Assembly: GCA_048884965.1 (NCBI GenBank)
Contig: JBHLQH010000016.1
Location: 1 to 64,000, forward strand
Length of the DNA stretch: 64,000 bases
Direction of reading: 5' to 3'
Source: Candidatus Thorarchaeota archaeon
Lineage (GTDB): Archaea > Asgardarchaeota > Thorarchaeia > Thorarchaeales > Thorarchaeaceae
The stretch's first letter is position 1. The number at the start of each line of letters is the position of its first letter. Positions 1-9,977 of this stretch are shown in pieces. The translations under genes were made by a program, and so were the position numbers. The notes below the pieces were generated by a model. The model ran no database searches. It was not told where the DNA came from and saw nothing but the letters and a program-made list of their open reading frames with translations.

Positions 1-383
1 GGAGGATTGTTAGTGCATACGATTGTGTACAATCCAAGTTTCTCAGCTATCCGAACTGAAGCCTCAATATCAGCTAATTGCATCCTACATTCTGAATGAT
101 TCAGTAATGTACCTACAGCACCATTCTCAACAAGAGTTTCTCCAAGAGTATGACCTGTAAATCTTCCAGGTTCTCCTGGATCCATATGTTGTGAGAACAC
201 AGGAATCTCTACAGCTTCTGATACTCTGAAGATATCAGGAATCTGTGGAGCGACCACAATTGATACGGAGTACTCTTTCGCTACCTTCTCACAGACTCTA
301 GCAAGAGAAACAGCATTTTCACCAGTAGCTTGTGGATAGGTCTTGAAATTCAGAGCTACGACTGGGAGTTCGATCTTCGTCAT
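1..383 (-). CDS. tpiA: Triosephosphate isomerase, archaeal type (N-terminal part; runs off the window start)
   Basis: Not in ORF track. Manual translation from ATG at 383: MTKIELPVVALNFKTYPQATGENA...VFSQHMDPGEPGRFTG...GTLLNHSE; NFKTY and LLNHSE are archaeal TIM motifs. Confidence 0.93.
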   Translation of the reverse strand, partial: MTKIELPVVALNFKTYPQATGENAVSLARVCEKVAKEYSVSIVVAPQIPDIFRVSEAVEIPVFSQHMDPGEPGRFTGHTLGETLVENGAVGTLLNHSECRMQLADIEASVRIAEKLGLYTIVCTNNP

Positions 384-460
384 CCATCTCAATCCTGTTG
401 GAGCTGATATTAGCAGCTCCGACAGGTCTTGCCAAAATATGGTACAATATTAACCTTGTT

Positions 461-1060
461 TCATAACCGAGCAGCGCCAATGAGCAACTTGAGTGCAGGA
501 ACACGTGCATATCCTCTGCGGTTCAATTCGGTTATTGGTTTACGGAGCTCGATCTTCACAAACTTTCCAGGTTCTGCATTCTTATAGTATTTCAAATAGA
601 GTGTCGAAAACTCTGAGAAATTGGCAGCGCTAAGTAGTTCAGCAACAACGTCATTCCCAATGCGAATAAAAACATCTTCATCAGGAGCAGTTCCTGTAGT
701 TACTGAGACCTCACCCATAGCGTCCTTCAGAATGGTAAATCGTTCACCCATTGCCATAAGTTCTAGCTTGAACTCGTCAGGAGCTTCAATAGGTTCGGCT
801 AATGGTCCCTCAGTTAGCATGAATTTCAACCGATCTTGAATTGTCGCATGATAGGGAATTGTGATTGTAAGACCTGCTGTAGCAACTGGTTCAGTTGCTC
901 CTTTTGCGGTTTGTTCAGTAATAGGTTCTTCAGATTCAACGGATTCAGAAACGGCTTCTTCGGAGTCCCCGTCTAATGCTTCCTCTTCTATCTCCTCGGC
1001 TGATTCTTCGGAATCCTTAGTGTCTTCATCTTTCTTCTTACCGAAAATCTTTCTCATCAT
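461..1060 (-). CDS. Hypothetical protein with acidic disordered N-terminus and possible SCP2-like C-terminal domain
   Basis: ORF 461..1138; more likely start MMRKIFG at 1060 with GGTGA upstream. Glu-rich stretch followed by a globular alpha/beta region. The SCP2 resemblance is by eye only. Confidence 0.55.
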   Translation of the reverse strand: MMRKIFGKKKDEDTKDSEESAEEIEEEALDGDSEEAVSESVESEEPITEQTAKGATEPVATAGLTITIPYHATIQDRLKFMLTEGPLAEPIEAPDEFKLELMAMGERFTILKDAMGEVSVTTGTAPDEDVFIRIGNDVVAELLSAANFSEFSTLYLKYYKNAEPGKFVKIELRKPITELNRRGYARVPALKLLIGAARL

Positions 1061-1168
1061 TTTGATTTCACCTTGTCTCTGCGGATACGCTTTTCCGCAA
1101 ATAATTGTGGTCCCATTCAACTCGAGAATAACCAACATTGATAGAAAAAGGTAATTCAGTTGTATTGG

Positions 1169-1399
1169 TTACGTAGAATTCTTTGGTAAGGCTTCGACAG
1201 CCTTTGCGGCAATCGCTTCTATTTGTGCAATCAATGGTCCAGCATTTGTCTGTTTTCGTTCGCCCCACAGCTCATCCACTAACAAATCTCTGATTGCAAT
1301 ACGAATAACTTCAGAGCGATTTGGATACATTCCTTGCTTGATGAGCTTATCAACGCCTTCGACATATGACTCGGGCATACATATCGTTACGACTCTCAT
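1169..1399 (-). CDS. Ribbon-helix-helix (CopG/Arc/MetJ) transcriptional regulator
   Basis: MRVVTICMPESYVEGVDKLIKQGMYPNRSEVIRIAIRDLL matches the archaeal RHH pattern (Y-x-NRSE-x-IR-x-AIRDLL). Confidence 0.9.
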   Translation of the reverse strand: MRVVTICMPESYVEGVDKLIKQGMYPNRSEVIRIAIRDLLVDELWGERKQTNAGPLIAQIEAIAAKAVEALPKNST

Positions 1400-1503
1400 T
1401 TTGCACCGATATGTTGTGTGTACAATTGGGTAATGAAAGGGTGTCTGATTGTGATGCGTATCAGGGTAATACTAGGTCGGGCTCATACTCGATTCCTGTG
1501 GTA

Positions 1504-2544
1504 TCAAGGACGCAAAACGACCTTTCCGAACTGCTCTCCAGCTTCAAGGAACCTATGAGCATCAGCGGCCTCTGAGAGAGGGAATATTCTATCCACGACA
1601 GGCCGAACCCTCTTTGCCCAAACCAGTTTCAAAACATCGCGGAGCTCACCACGAGATGACATCGTACTTCCTAGTATCTCTAGCTGCTTCCAAAATACCA
1701 AGTTCACATTTGTCATAGCCATAGGACCCGAGGTCGCACCAGGAGTCACAAGCTTTCCACCTTTTCTCAGGCTCTTAAGACTGCGTTCCCAGGTTGCTTG
1801 GCCAACTGAATCCAGCACAATATCGGCACCACGACCATTTGTAACGGTGTAGATTTCTTTGTGATACTCAGGAGTCGTATTATGATTGATAAGCACATCA
1901 GCACCCAGAAGCCTTGCCCGCTCCAGCTTCGTGTCCGAGGAGCTTGTAACAATGACTCTTGCTCCAGCGACTTTGGCAAGCTGTAATGCTGCGAGTGCGA
2001 CACCTCCACCAATTCCAATGATAAGTACATCATCACCTGGTCTGATCTGCCCCTTGGTCATTAGCAAACGCCAAGCAGTCATGAAGGTCAAGGGCGTGGA
2101 GGCTGCTTCAACATAGTCAAGTCCACTATCGTTGGGTATCGGAATGACATTCTCAGCAGGCACGACGATATACTCTGCATATCCCCCTCTGACATGTTCT
2201 CCGATTATCATATACGAAGGACACAATGAATGCTGCCCTGTTCGACAGAATTCGCAGGTGCCACAAGAAAGGCCGGGGTCTATGATTACTCTTTGTCCCG
2301 GCTCGAATCCAGGTGCAACAGAGCTACCCACTTCCTTGATAATCCCCGAGATATCACTTCCGAGAATGTGAGGCATTGCTAATTTCATGCCAGGTATCCC
2401 TCCTCGAACGAAGAGATCAAGATGATTCAAGGCAACTGCTTTGATCTCGACTAGTATTTGGTTTGATTCAGGCGAAGGGGTTGGAAATTCAGTAAACTTC
2501 AAAACCTCTGGTCCACCGTGCTCATGAAATAGACTTGCTTTCAT
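1504..2544 (-). CDS. Zinc-binding MDR-family dehydrogenase / quinone oxidoreductase
   Basis: HGGPEVLK, ALNHLD, ILGSD, structural Zn motif CGTCEFC..C, GIGGGVA nucleotide-binding motif, GKVVL C-terminus; start taken at MKASLF. Confidence 0.9.
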   Translation of the reverse strand: MKASLFHEHGGPEVLKFTEFPTPSPESNQILVEIKAVALNHLDLFVRGGIPGMKLAMPHILGSDISGIIKEVGSSVAPGFEPGQRVIIDPGLSCGTCEFCRTGQHSLCPSYMIIGEHVRGGYAEYIVVPAENVIPIPNDSGLDYVEAASTPLTFMTAWRLLMTKGQIRPGDDVLIIGIGGGVALAALQLAKVAGARVIVTSSSDTKLERARLLGADVLINHNTTPEYHKEIYTVTNGRGADIVLDSVGQATWERSLKSLRKGGKLVTPGATSGPMAMTNVNLVFWKQLEILGSTMSSRGELRDVLKLVWAKRVRPVVDRIFPLSEAADAHRFLEAGEQFGKVVLRP

Positions 2545-2684
2545 CCTAACACATCCATACAAACGGGTGGACTTCGATGTTTGATGATAAAACCCTTCCA
2601 CTATGTATATAGAAGCATATTTGAGCAGACTTAGCTTCGAAGATGCTGTAGAGAATTCAAAGATATTTCATTCAGGATTCTGAG

Positions 2685-2984
2685 GTGAATATATTGTCAA
2701 AAGGAAAAGCAAGCAAAGTTCGTGCCAGTCATATTCTAGTTGAGAAGCACAGTATAGCCCTAGAGATAATCAGCAAGATAAAGGAAGGCGAGGATTTCGC
2801 AAAGATGGCCAAGCTTCACAGTTCTTGTCCCTCCAAGAAAAAAGGTGGTGACTTGGGCTTTTTCACGAAAGGTAGTATGGTCCCAGAGTTCGAGCAAGCA
2901 GCTTTCAGTCTAAATCCTGGTCAGATGACAAATGAACCTGTCAAAACCAAGTTTGGATATCACGTAATCAAACGGACTGCTTAG
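2685..2984 (+). CDS. Parvulin-type peptidyl-prolyl cis-trans isomerase (single domain)
   Basis: VRASHILV, FAKMAKLHSSCPS, GGDLGFF, MVPEFE, KTKFGYHVI rotamase motifs. Confidence 0.93.
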   Translation: MNILSKGKASKVRASHILVEKHSIALEIISKIKEGEDFAKMAKLHSSCPSKKKGGDLGFFTKGSMVPEFEQAAFSLNPGQMTNEPVKTKFGYHVIKRTA

Positions 2985-3086
2985 TCATAAATTGGTTTGT
3001 TGTCATCCAAGCATAGTTGCATCCCTCGTCAATTGATTTTTTATACAAGCCTCTCTATATGCTAGTATTCAAGGGAGTGGTAGGTA

Positions 3087-3677
3087 GTGCTAAGGAGAAT
3101 AGTACAAAGAATTGAACGCATGACAATTCGAGAGATTACCGTTGCGATGCTAGTCGTGACCTTGATCATTCCAGCAGCTATTATCCCAGGGGGTGGTCAT
3201 TATTCAGGGAATGAAATTGTACGCGGTGCTGCGATTGTAGCTCTGTTGTGGATCTGTCGGTTGTCGTATTGGATGATTGATTCGTCCACTGGGATATTGA
3301 TTGAAGGGATGGATATTGTGAATCCCATTTTCATGCTCAGTGCTTTTATCATATCCATTTTCAACATACTATTTGCTATTCAAGTTGTCAGATTCTGTCA
3401 AAGCAAATCTTCGAAAGGAATTGCATTTGTCTTGGGGATTCTCTCACTGATCTTTCCTGTAGTCTTCAATCCTCCATGGGCATATGAGTATGTATTGGAT
3501 TTCTTGAGAGCTGGACTGCCTATCTATTATGGTCCCATTCCAATCCAGCTAATTATAGGACTACTTATCATGCGTTATGCAGGACCTTGGAAAGTTACAG
3601 AACCGTGGAATGAGGAGAAAGAATCTCAAGAAAATTGGTGGAGCAAAGAAGACGTATCAAGAAAAGAAGAAAGCTGA
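3087..3677 (+). CDS. Hypothetical multi-pass membrane protein
   Basis: About five hydrophobic segments and a charged Trp-rich C-terminal tail. Confidence 0.6.
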   Translation: MLRRIVQRIERMTIREITVAMLVVTLIIPAAIIPGGGHYSGNEIVRGAAIVALLWICRLSYWMIDSSTGILIEGMDIVNPIFMLSAFIISIFNILFAIQVVRFCQSKSSKGIAFVLGILSLIFPVVFNPPWAYEYVLDFLRAGLPIYYGPIPIQLIIGLLIMRYAGPWKVTEPWNEEKESQENWWSKEDVSRKEES

Positions 3678-3731
3678 AGATGGTCAGCACAAAAGAAAGC
3701 CAAACGGGACCATAAGGCCCCGTCTGTTCAT

Positions 3732-4880
3732 TTATTCAGCGGACTCAGATGTGTCCTTTTCCTTTCCCTTTGGAACGATCTCTTCTGTAGTGAAGCGATT
3801 CTCACATGCAGAGAGAACCTTCGGGAGAGTAGTGTATTCCATCTCGTGCTCTCCCAGCCTATGTGGTTGGAAGGGACCAATTCGTCGGAGATAATCTGCA
3901 ATCTCCATTCCTCTCTGACGAGATATGTCAAATGCAACATCATCAAAGAGATCAACGGATCCAACTAGCATACCGTTGCTAACCTGAAAGCCAAGGGCAA
4001 CAACACGTGGAGGACCATCAAAGCGTGTACAACGAGAGTCCTTCAAACCAACTGGCAAGAGAGGTCCAGCGTGAGAACCACGCATCCATCCAGAGACGAG
4101 ATGTGGAAGTGTGAAAGCTTCAAGGACTTCACCCATCGCAGGTAGACCAGAATGAGCTCGGACAATGGCTACTGGATCATCTTTGCCTACATACTTCCCT
4201 GCAACAGCATGTAGCTTATCAGTACTAACAGAAGCCGCAATCATTCCATCTGCGCGGTAAATTCTCTTGATAGTGAACCGTCCAGTACTCCCTAGCAATG
4301 CGAGAATATCATACATCTCCTCTGGAGCTTTCATATCTACGAAGCATGGTATGCTCTTCATGATATCTTGGATAACGAATCTGAAACCATCGTGTAGGTT
4401 AGGGTCAATAACAAGTCCTGCAGTGTTGAAGGGATCAGCAAACACTTTGAACAATGGATAATTGAACGCACCGGGCTCGGTCTTGTCAGCCATAAAGACA
4501 GCGATAGGTTCGGACTTTCGTTCCTCAAACGTCATCTCTGCAGAACCGGGGCCCATACCCTTGACGTTTCCACTGAAAGTATCAGAGAGAATATCCTGAC
4601 CAGCAGCATAGATTTTCTTCTCACGGGCAAGCTCTGTGCCTTTCAAGAATGTTTCAAAAGCAAGCCTGTGGACTTCTTCATTATTCTCACCTTTATTGTG
4701 AGTCATGATCAGCTCTAAGTCATCACCTGCATTAGCTACATGGAAGTCATTGATGATCTTCTTTTCTACTGCAGCTTTCAGTTCCTTTCTTGCCAACTCG
4801 AACAAGAAATCAGGTACGATAACATGACCTGCAAGAGAACCGATGTCAGCTTTGATGACGCTGATAGTGGTTTCGACCAT
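3732..4880 (-). CDS. fbp: Bifunctional fructose-1,6-bisphosphate aldolase/phosphatase (class V FBPase)
   Basis: SVIKADIGS, AGQDILSDTFSGNVKGMGPG, DKTEPGAFN, YVGKDDP (Schiff-base Lys), GWMRGSH, RFDGPPRV. Confidence 0.96.
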   Translation of the reverse strand: MVETTISVIKADIGSLAGHVIVPDFLFELARKELKAAVEKKIINDFHVANAGDDLELIMTHNKGENNEEVHRLAFETFLKGTELAREKKIYAAGQDILSDTFSGNVKGMGPGSAEMTFEERKSEPIAVFMADKTEPGAFNYPLFKVFADPFNTAGLVIDPNLHDGFRFVIQDIMKSIPCFVDMKAPEEMYDILALLGSTGRFTIKRIYRADGMIAASVSTDKLHAVAGKYVGKDDPVAIVRAHSGLPAMGEVLEAFTLPHLVSGWMRGSHAGPLLPVGLKDSRCTRFDGPPRVVALGFQVSNGMLVGSVDLFDDVAFDISRQRGMEIADYLRRIGPFQPHRLGEHEMEYTTLPKVLSACENRFTTEEIVPKGKEKDTSESAE

Positions 4881-5049
4881 TACAACAATCGCTCCTAATA
4901 TCGACGGGCGGAAGCCAGAATCTGCTCCCTCACGAGCATGGATTCCGCGATTACCTTGTTAAAGGCGTTTCGGAGAGTACATACAAACCCTTGCTCATGT
5001 TTGATTGGGCTACTATTCTCTATACATATAATAGTGTCGATGACACACA

Positions 5050-5946
5050 TCAATTTGAAATCATAAGTTTCTTGAGCTTTGCAGTTATCTCTAAGGCCTC
5101 TTTCATTGGTCGTTGCCAAAGATTTCTACCGAAAATCAACCCTGCAGCACCCTCATCCATACATACCTTAGCACGATACAGAAGGTCGTCATCACCGAGT
5201 TTACTGCCTCCTGAGAACAGGACTTTCGTCTTGCCAGCGGTCTTGATCACCTTTCGCACCATCTCTTCATAGGATAACTCCAACGTGTCGTATGGAGCAG
5301 GTTGCTCAGCTTTTCTCTTTGGATCATCAACAGGAACATTGAGTTTGACCAAATCTGCACCTAATTCATCAGCTACCCGAGCTGCATAATCTATCGCATA
5401 GAGGGAATTCTTCCCTCCTTTTTGTTCGACAGCATCCCCACGAGGGTATGACCATATAATGACAGGCATTCCATAGCGATCAGCATCGGCCTTGACTTTC
5501 CTGAATTGATTGAAATCTTCTACCTGACTCGGGCTTCCTACATATAGGGTGTAACCAATCGCATCAGCACCTAGTCGAACAGCATCCTCGACAAAAGCTG
5601 TCATAGGAGAGAGTGCGTGATTATCAGGAGGGATGCGTGTTTTACCATTGATTTTCAGAACAAGAGGTACTCTACCTGCATAGCGATAGCCGTATTTCTC
5701 AGCAAGACCTAGATGCAGAGCAATTGCAGAATAACCGCCTTCAGCCGCTAGTCTGTACTGGTAGTCTGGATTTGAAGACTCAGGATTGGGGAAGAATGTT
5801 GAAGGACCATGTTCCATTCCTTGGTCAATAGGTAGGACTAGCAATGTGCCATTCCCAGGTCCATGCTCATACATGAGTCTGTGCAACCGAGTTCGTTTTC
5901 CGATAGATAACCAATCCATTTCATCAAGCCTTTTGGTCATATTCAT
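5050..5946 (-). CDS. Class I (DhnA/archaeal IA-type) fructose-bisphosphate aldolase
   Basis: [58 protein letters not shown]; start approximate. Confidence 0.9.
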   Translation of the reverse strand: MNMTKRLDEMDWLSIGKRTRLHRLMYEHGPGNGTLLVLPIDQGMEHGPSTFFPNPESSNPDYQYRLAAEGGYSAIALHLGLAEKYGYRYAGRVPLVLKINGKTRIPPDNHALSPMTAFVEDAVRLGADAIGYTLYVGSPSQVEDFNQFRKVKADADRYGMPVIIWSYPRGDAVEQKGGKNSLYAIDYAARVADELGADLVKLNVPVDDPKRKAEQPAPYDTLELSYEEMVRKVIKTAGKTKVLFSGGSKLGDDDLLYRAKVCMDEGAAGLIFGRNLWQRPMKEALEITAKLKKLMISN

Positions 5947-6049
5947 AGCCAACCTATGCTCTTGCTGGAATTTGTAAAGCGCTCTAGCGTTAAATGCGTG
6001 TCGCAGATAGCTTCGAAAGTGTAAAATCAAGGTTCTCAATCTATGAGGT

Positions 6050-6886
6050 GTGATTACTATGAAAGATAAGAGGGTTTCAGCCCAACGCCCAGAAACACCA
6101 GATAGAGCACAGTATCACTTAGAAGTGAAGAGAGGAGAGGTCGCGGAAACCGTGATCATTCCTGGAGACCCGCAGAGAGTCATCAAGATAAGTAATGAGT
6201 GGGATGAATGTACTGAAGTTGCTGTTCACCGTCAGTTTGTGACTCACACTGGACGATTCAAAGGCGTGCCTATCTCCGCGTGCTCTACAGGCATTGGAGG
6301 ACCCGGAACAGCGATAGTAGTGGAAGAACTCGCAAATGTAGGCGTAAATACATTCATTCGGGTTGGTTCAACAGCCACCCTAAAGGAGGATATTGAGATT
6401 GGAGATCTCATTATCTCAACAGGAGGAGTGAGACTTGAGGGGACAAGCAAACAGTATGTTAGACCTGAATATCCAGCTTCCGCATCGTATGAGGTCATTC
6501 TCGCATTGATTGAAGCGGCTGACTCCCTCGGTGTGAATTACCATCTGGGTGTTTCTGCCTCAACAGACTCATTCTATCTTGGACAATCGAGACCTGGATT
6601 TGGCGGTTATACGCAGAGTTTCAGTGAGACCCTCATCAAGGATATGCAGAAAGCGAATGTCATGAATTTTGAGATGGAGGCTGCAACATTATTCACACTT
6701 GGAAACATCTTTGGTTTCAGAACGGGAGCTGTATGCGCAGTCTATGCCAACAGGGTTCATGATGAGTTTGAGGTCAAAGGAGAGGCTGAAGTGATAAAAT
6801 GCGGGAACGAAGCAGTCAAGATATTATATGAGATGGACCAAGAAAAAGAATCCCGCGGCAAGAGGTACTGGATGAGAGGAATCTAG
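6050..6886 (+). CDS. udp: Nucleoside (uridine) phosphorylase
   Basis: QYHL, PGDPQR, STGIGGP, FIRVGS, RLEGTS, NFEMEAA. Confidence 0.88.
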   Translation: MITMKDKRVSAQRPETPDRAQYHLEVKRGEVAETVIIPGDPQRVIKISNEWDECTEVAVHRQFVTHTGRFKGVPISACSTGIGGPGTAIVVEELANVGVNTFIRVGSTATLKEDIEIGDLIISTGGVRLEGTSKQYVRPEYPASASYEVILALIEAADSLGVNYHLGVSASTDSFYLGQSRPGFGGYTQSFSETLIKDMQKANVMNFEMEAATLFTLGNIFGFRTGAVCAVYANRVHDEFEVKGEAEVIKCGNEAVKILYEMDQEKESRGKRYWMRGI

Positions 6887-6955
6887 AGTCTTAGTACATC
6901 TTTGCTAGAAACAATTCTTTAATAGTCGTTCAGGAGGGTTCAGAGATGATTCTCC

Positions 6956-7909
6956 ATGATGACCTTAAAAGAGATAATTGAAAGTGATACGATCAAGTTC
7001 ATACTGAGCGGAGGCAAAGGAGGAGTTGGCAAGACTAGTTGCGCAGGAGCTCTAGCTGTTCTTTCTGCCAAGAGAGGCCTACGTACTCTGGTTCTTTCCA
7101 CGGACCCAGCTCATAGCTTAAGTGATAGCTTTGATCAAGACTTGGCGGGAGGAGATCCTGTTCCAATCAAGGGATTTGACAATCTTTGGGGCATGGAGAT
7201 AGATACTGAGAAAGGAATGCAGGAGTTTCAAGATACACTCGGAAGCGGAGCTGCGGGACCTGATATGCAAATGGCTTCGAACCTCCTTGGAGATATGGGT
7301 GGAATGTCGCCACCAGGCTCCGATGAGGCAATGGCTTTCGGGAAGATATTGGAGTTCATTGAGGACTCGTCTTATGATAGGGTCATATTCGATACAGCTC
7401 CCACAGGGCATACCCTTAAGCTCCTAGAGCTGCCTGATTTACTAGATAGTTGGCTTGGGAAGGTCTTGACACTTCGCCAGCGCCTGAGTTCGATGATGTC
7501 AGGACTCCGTGCGATGATGGGAGGTGGAGACCAAGAAGAAACAGCTTGGCAGATGCTGCAAAACACCAAAGACAAGATTCGAATGGCACGAATTGAGCTT
7601 TCGGATCCAGATACGACACAATTCGTGGTCGTCACAATTGCTGAAGCTATGGCGGTCTTCGAAACTCAGAGACTCCTTGGCAGCCTCAATGCATGGCACA
7701 TTCCAGCAACTAATATCATCATTAATCAACTCATTCCAGAGAACCCAGATTGCAAGTTTTGTTCCTCAAGAAGACATATGCAGCAGCAGAACATCATCGA
7801 TATTCGAGACCTCTTCAATGACCTCCATGTGACAGAGGTGCCACTATTCGATAATGAGATAAGAGGCATAGAAGGATTATCAGAATTGGGAGAAATTCTG
7901 ATTAAGTGA
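6956..7909 (+). CDS. Get3/TRC40-type ArsA-family ATPase (single domain)
   Basis: GGKGGVGKT, STDPAH, DTAPTGHT, Met-rich helical insert, C-terminal CKFC motif typical of Get3-like dimers. Confidence 0.9.
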   Translation: MMTLKEIIESDTIKFILSGGKGGVGKTSCAGALAVLSAKRGLRTLVLSTDPAHSLSDSFDQDLAGGDPVPIKGFDNLWGMEIDTEKGMQEFQDTLGSGAAGPDMQMASNLLGDMGGMSPPGSDEAMAFGKILEFIEDSSYDRVIFDTAPTGHTLKLLELPDLLDSWLGKVLTLRQRLSSMMSGLRAMMGGGDQEETAWQMLQNTKDKIRMARIELSDPDTTQFVVVTIAEAMAVFETQRLLGSLNAWHIPATNIIINQLIPENPDCKFCSSRRHMQQQNIIDIRDLFNDLHVTEVPLFDNEIRGIEGLSELGEILIK

Positions 7910-7923
7910 TAGGAGGGTATAGA

Positions 7924-8022
7924 ATGAGATACGCATACAAGAGAAAAATCATCTCTGCCTTTTTCATCTTAATCTTCCTGGCTTCGATTGTAGCTGCAGC
8001 ATGGTTGATATTCAAAGGCTAG
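7924..8022 (+). CDS. Putative 32-aa single-TM small membrane protein (MRYAYKRKIISAFFILIFLASIVAAAWLIFKG)
   Basis: Below the ORF-track size cutoff. GGAGG Shine-Dalgarno directly upstream, 14 nt after the get3 stop; basic N-terminus and a 22-residue hydrophobic stretch; fills the gap before the convergent rpoP. Confidence 0.65.
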   Translation: MRYAYKRKIISAFFILIFLASIVAAAWLIFKG

Positions 8023-8029
8023 AAGCCAA

Positions 8030-8173
8030 TCATACACCCTTAACACGTTTCACGACGGGGGGTCTAATCTTGTACAGAATACGGCCTCCGCAGTAGGGGC
8101 ATTTGACTCCTGGTAGTGTCTTTAGACCTTCAGCTGTAACTTCATATTTGCAAGAATGACACACATAGACCAT
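8030..8173 (-). CDS. rpoP: RNA polymerase subunit P (Rpo12)
   Basis: MVYVCHSC...VKCPYCGGRILYKIRPPVVKRVK zinc ribbon. Confidence 0.93.
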   Translation of the reverse strand: MVYVCHSCKYEVTAEGLKTLPGVKCPYCGGRILYKIRPPVVKRVKGV

Positions 8174-8240
8174 GGAGATTCCTCTCATCGAATCGCTTAG
8201 ACAAGCCATATGAAGTTTTTCTTTGGGCAGCAAATTCACA

Positions 8241-9833
8241 TTATCTACGAATCGTCCTACCACCAAGTAGACCTGGACTAAGTACATCGGTAATCTCAAT
8301 ATCCAAGATGGTTCCTGCTGAATACCCGCCCTCCACTGTCATCAATGGACCTTCACCCATTGGATACACCATGGTAAATCCATGCTTGTCCCAGGAAGGC
8401 TCTGCAGCTATACCTCGAATCACTTGACCGACATAATCCACCTTTCTGGCACGATTGATTCGCGAGGCTTCTGCACGCATACGCTCACTCAAAGGATCAC
8501 GAGGTTCAGGAGCTGGAAAGTCTGCAAAAGCTGAACTAGGCAATGGACGGAATCCGTACATGATAATGCGCTCAGCTCCGACCTCAGCAAGTCTATTCAT
8601 GACCTTGACTGATTCCTCAACCGTCGACTCATTCTCACCAGGAAGACCATAGATGAAGTAGACAAAAGGCTTCATCCCATATTTCACAGCGAGTTGTACT
8701 GCCCGAACGACATCCGCCGGACTTCCACATTTCCCGATCTGTCGGGAGTGCTCCTCGGACCCGGTTTCAAGTCCTATGTTTGGGGAAGTGGTTTTGAGAA
8801 CTGAAGCGAGGGTCTTCGCAATGTCCTCATTGAATAGACAAGATTTCATGTTCTCGATGGCTAGATGAGCTAATCCCTCTACGAACTGGGGCAAGGACAT
8901 AATTCTTTGGACAAGATCCTGAATCGATTCGATGTTGGTCCCAGGAGAGCAGGGGTCAGTCATAGGGTAGGAGCCTCTCATATAATCCAAGAAATCAGGC
9001 GCTTCCAACACAATTCTATGTACTCCAAGATCGAGAAGGATTGATATCTCGGATACGATTGAATCCATTGGCCGGCTCCTAGGAGCTCCCCATACCGAGG
9101 GAACACTGCAGAATCCGCATCCTGGAGGGATATCCTCAGGGCAATCGAGTCGGACCTCTGGAGTTTCATCATCACAATTTCCGCATTCTGAGCAAGAACG
9201 ACCATCTTGCATCATAAGACTAGTTCTTCTGAAGTTCGAACAACCTCGAATTGCTTCAACGTATACTTTACTTGCTTGGTAAACGGGATAGTCAATTATC
9301 CGTATCGCGGAAGGGGGATATTTTGTCCACAAATGTTCAGGTTCTAGCAAAGGTCGAGGGGCTGTCAAATGCCCTTTCTTATCCTCAAGGTATCCAATCC
9401 CTTTGATTGTCGAAAGGTCGACATTTTCAGTTAGGTAGTTGCATGAAAGCAGCTCGTGCAGAGTTTCCTCCCCCTCACCGATAACAAGAACATCAGGCTT
9501 CAAAGCATTCAGTATATTCTCAGGATCAGACGCGATAGGACCTCCAAGAATGATACGACCTCGAGATTTGGATCTTCTCCAGATTGACAGAATCTGCTTC
9601 ACAGAAGGAAGGTCCATCGACATGGCGCTGACAGCCAAATGGTCATATTTTCTGATGGTATTTGGCAATTCAAGGATTGATTCAATTCTCTGAATTCTAC
9701 AGCGTAGTCCTTCAGACTCGTAGATTCCTGCTATGGCACGAGGACCGCAACCAATCGAGTCCCTAGAACTTCGTCGCTTCCCGCTACCTGCGCTAAGGGC
9801 ATCAACAATCAATAGATTCTCAGTCATAATCAA
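8241..9833 (-). CDS. B12-binding-like domain / radical SAM protein with C-terminal TRAM-like domain
   Basis: ILGGP and VIGEGE in the N-domain; EAIRGC...GCGFCSVP, PRSRP, IGLETGS, YFIYGLPGE; beta-rich C-terminus (IEITDVLSPGLLGG). Confidence 0.85.
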   Translation of the reverse strand: MIMTENLLIVDALSAGSGKRRSSRDSIGCGPRAIAGIYESEGLRCRIQRIESILELPNTIRKYDHLAVSAMSMDLPSVKQILSIWRRSKSRGRIILGGPIASDPENILNALKPDVLVIGEGEETLHELLSCNYLTENVDLSTIKGIGYLEDKKGHLTAPRPLLEPEHLWTKYPPSAIRIIDYPVYQASKVYVEAIRGCSNFRRTSLMMQDGRSCSECGNCDDETPEVRLDCPEDIPPGCGFCSVPSVWGAPRSRPMDSIVSEISILLDLGVHRIVLEAPDFLDYMRGSYPMTDPCSPGTNIESIQDLVQRIMSLPQFVEGLAHLAIENMKSCLFNEDIAKTLASVLKTTSPNIGLETGSEEHSRQIGKCGSPADVVRAVQLAVKYGMKPFVYFIYGLPGENESTVEESVKVMNRLAEVGAERIIMYGFRPLPSSAFADFPAPEPRDPLSERMRAEASRINRARKVDYVGQVIRGIAAEPSWDKHGFTMVYPMGEGPLMTVEGGYSAGTILDIEITDVLSPGLLGGRTIRR

Positions 9834-9977
9834 GAAAATCCACTACATGTACTCTATTTACTCTTCTCAAGGGGCCGAAAAAAGGGGTTCTTTTACCTAT
9901 AGTAATTACTTATATGGAGTATAGGCGACTAATGGTAACAGCAAACTGCTAAACGAACTATAGGAGTAAGTAACTTA

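Noticed and set aside
6956-7909. Arsenite-efflux ArsA
   Set aside because: Single domain, Get3-type CxxC and Met-rich insert, and no arsB/acr3/arsD/arsR neighbours.
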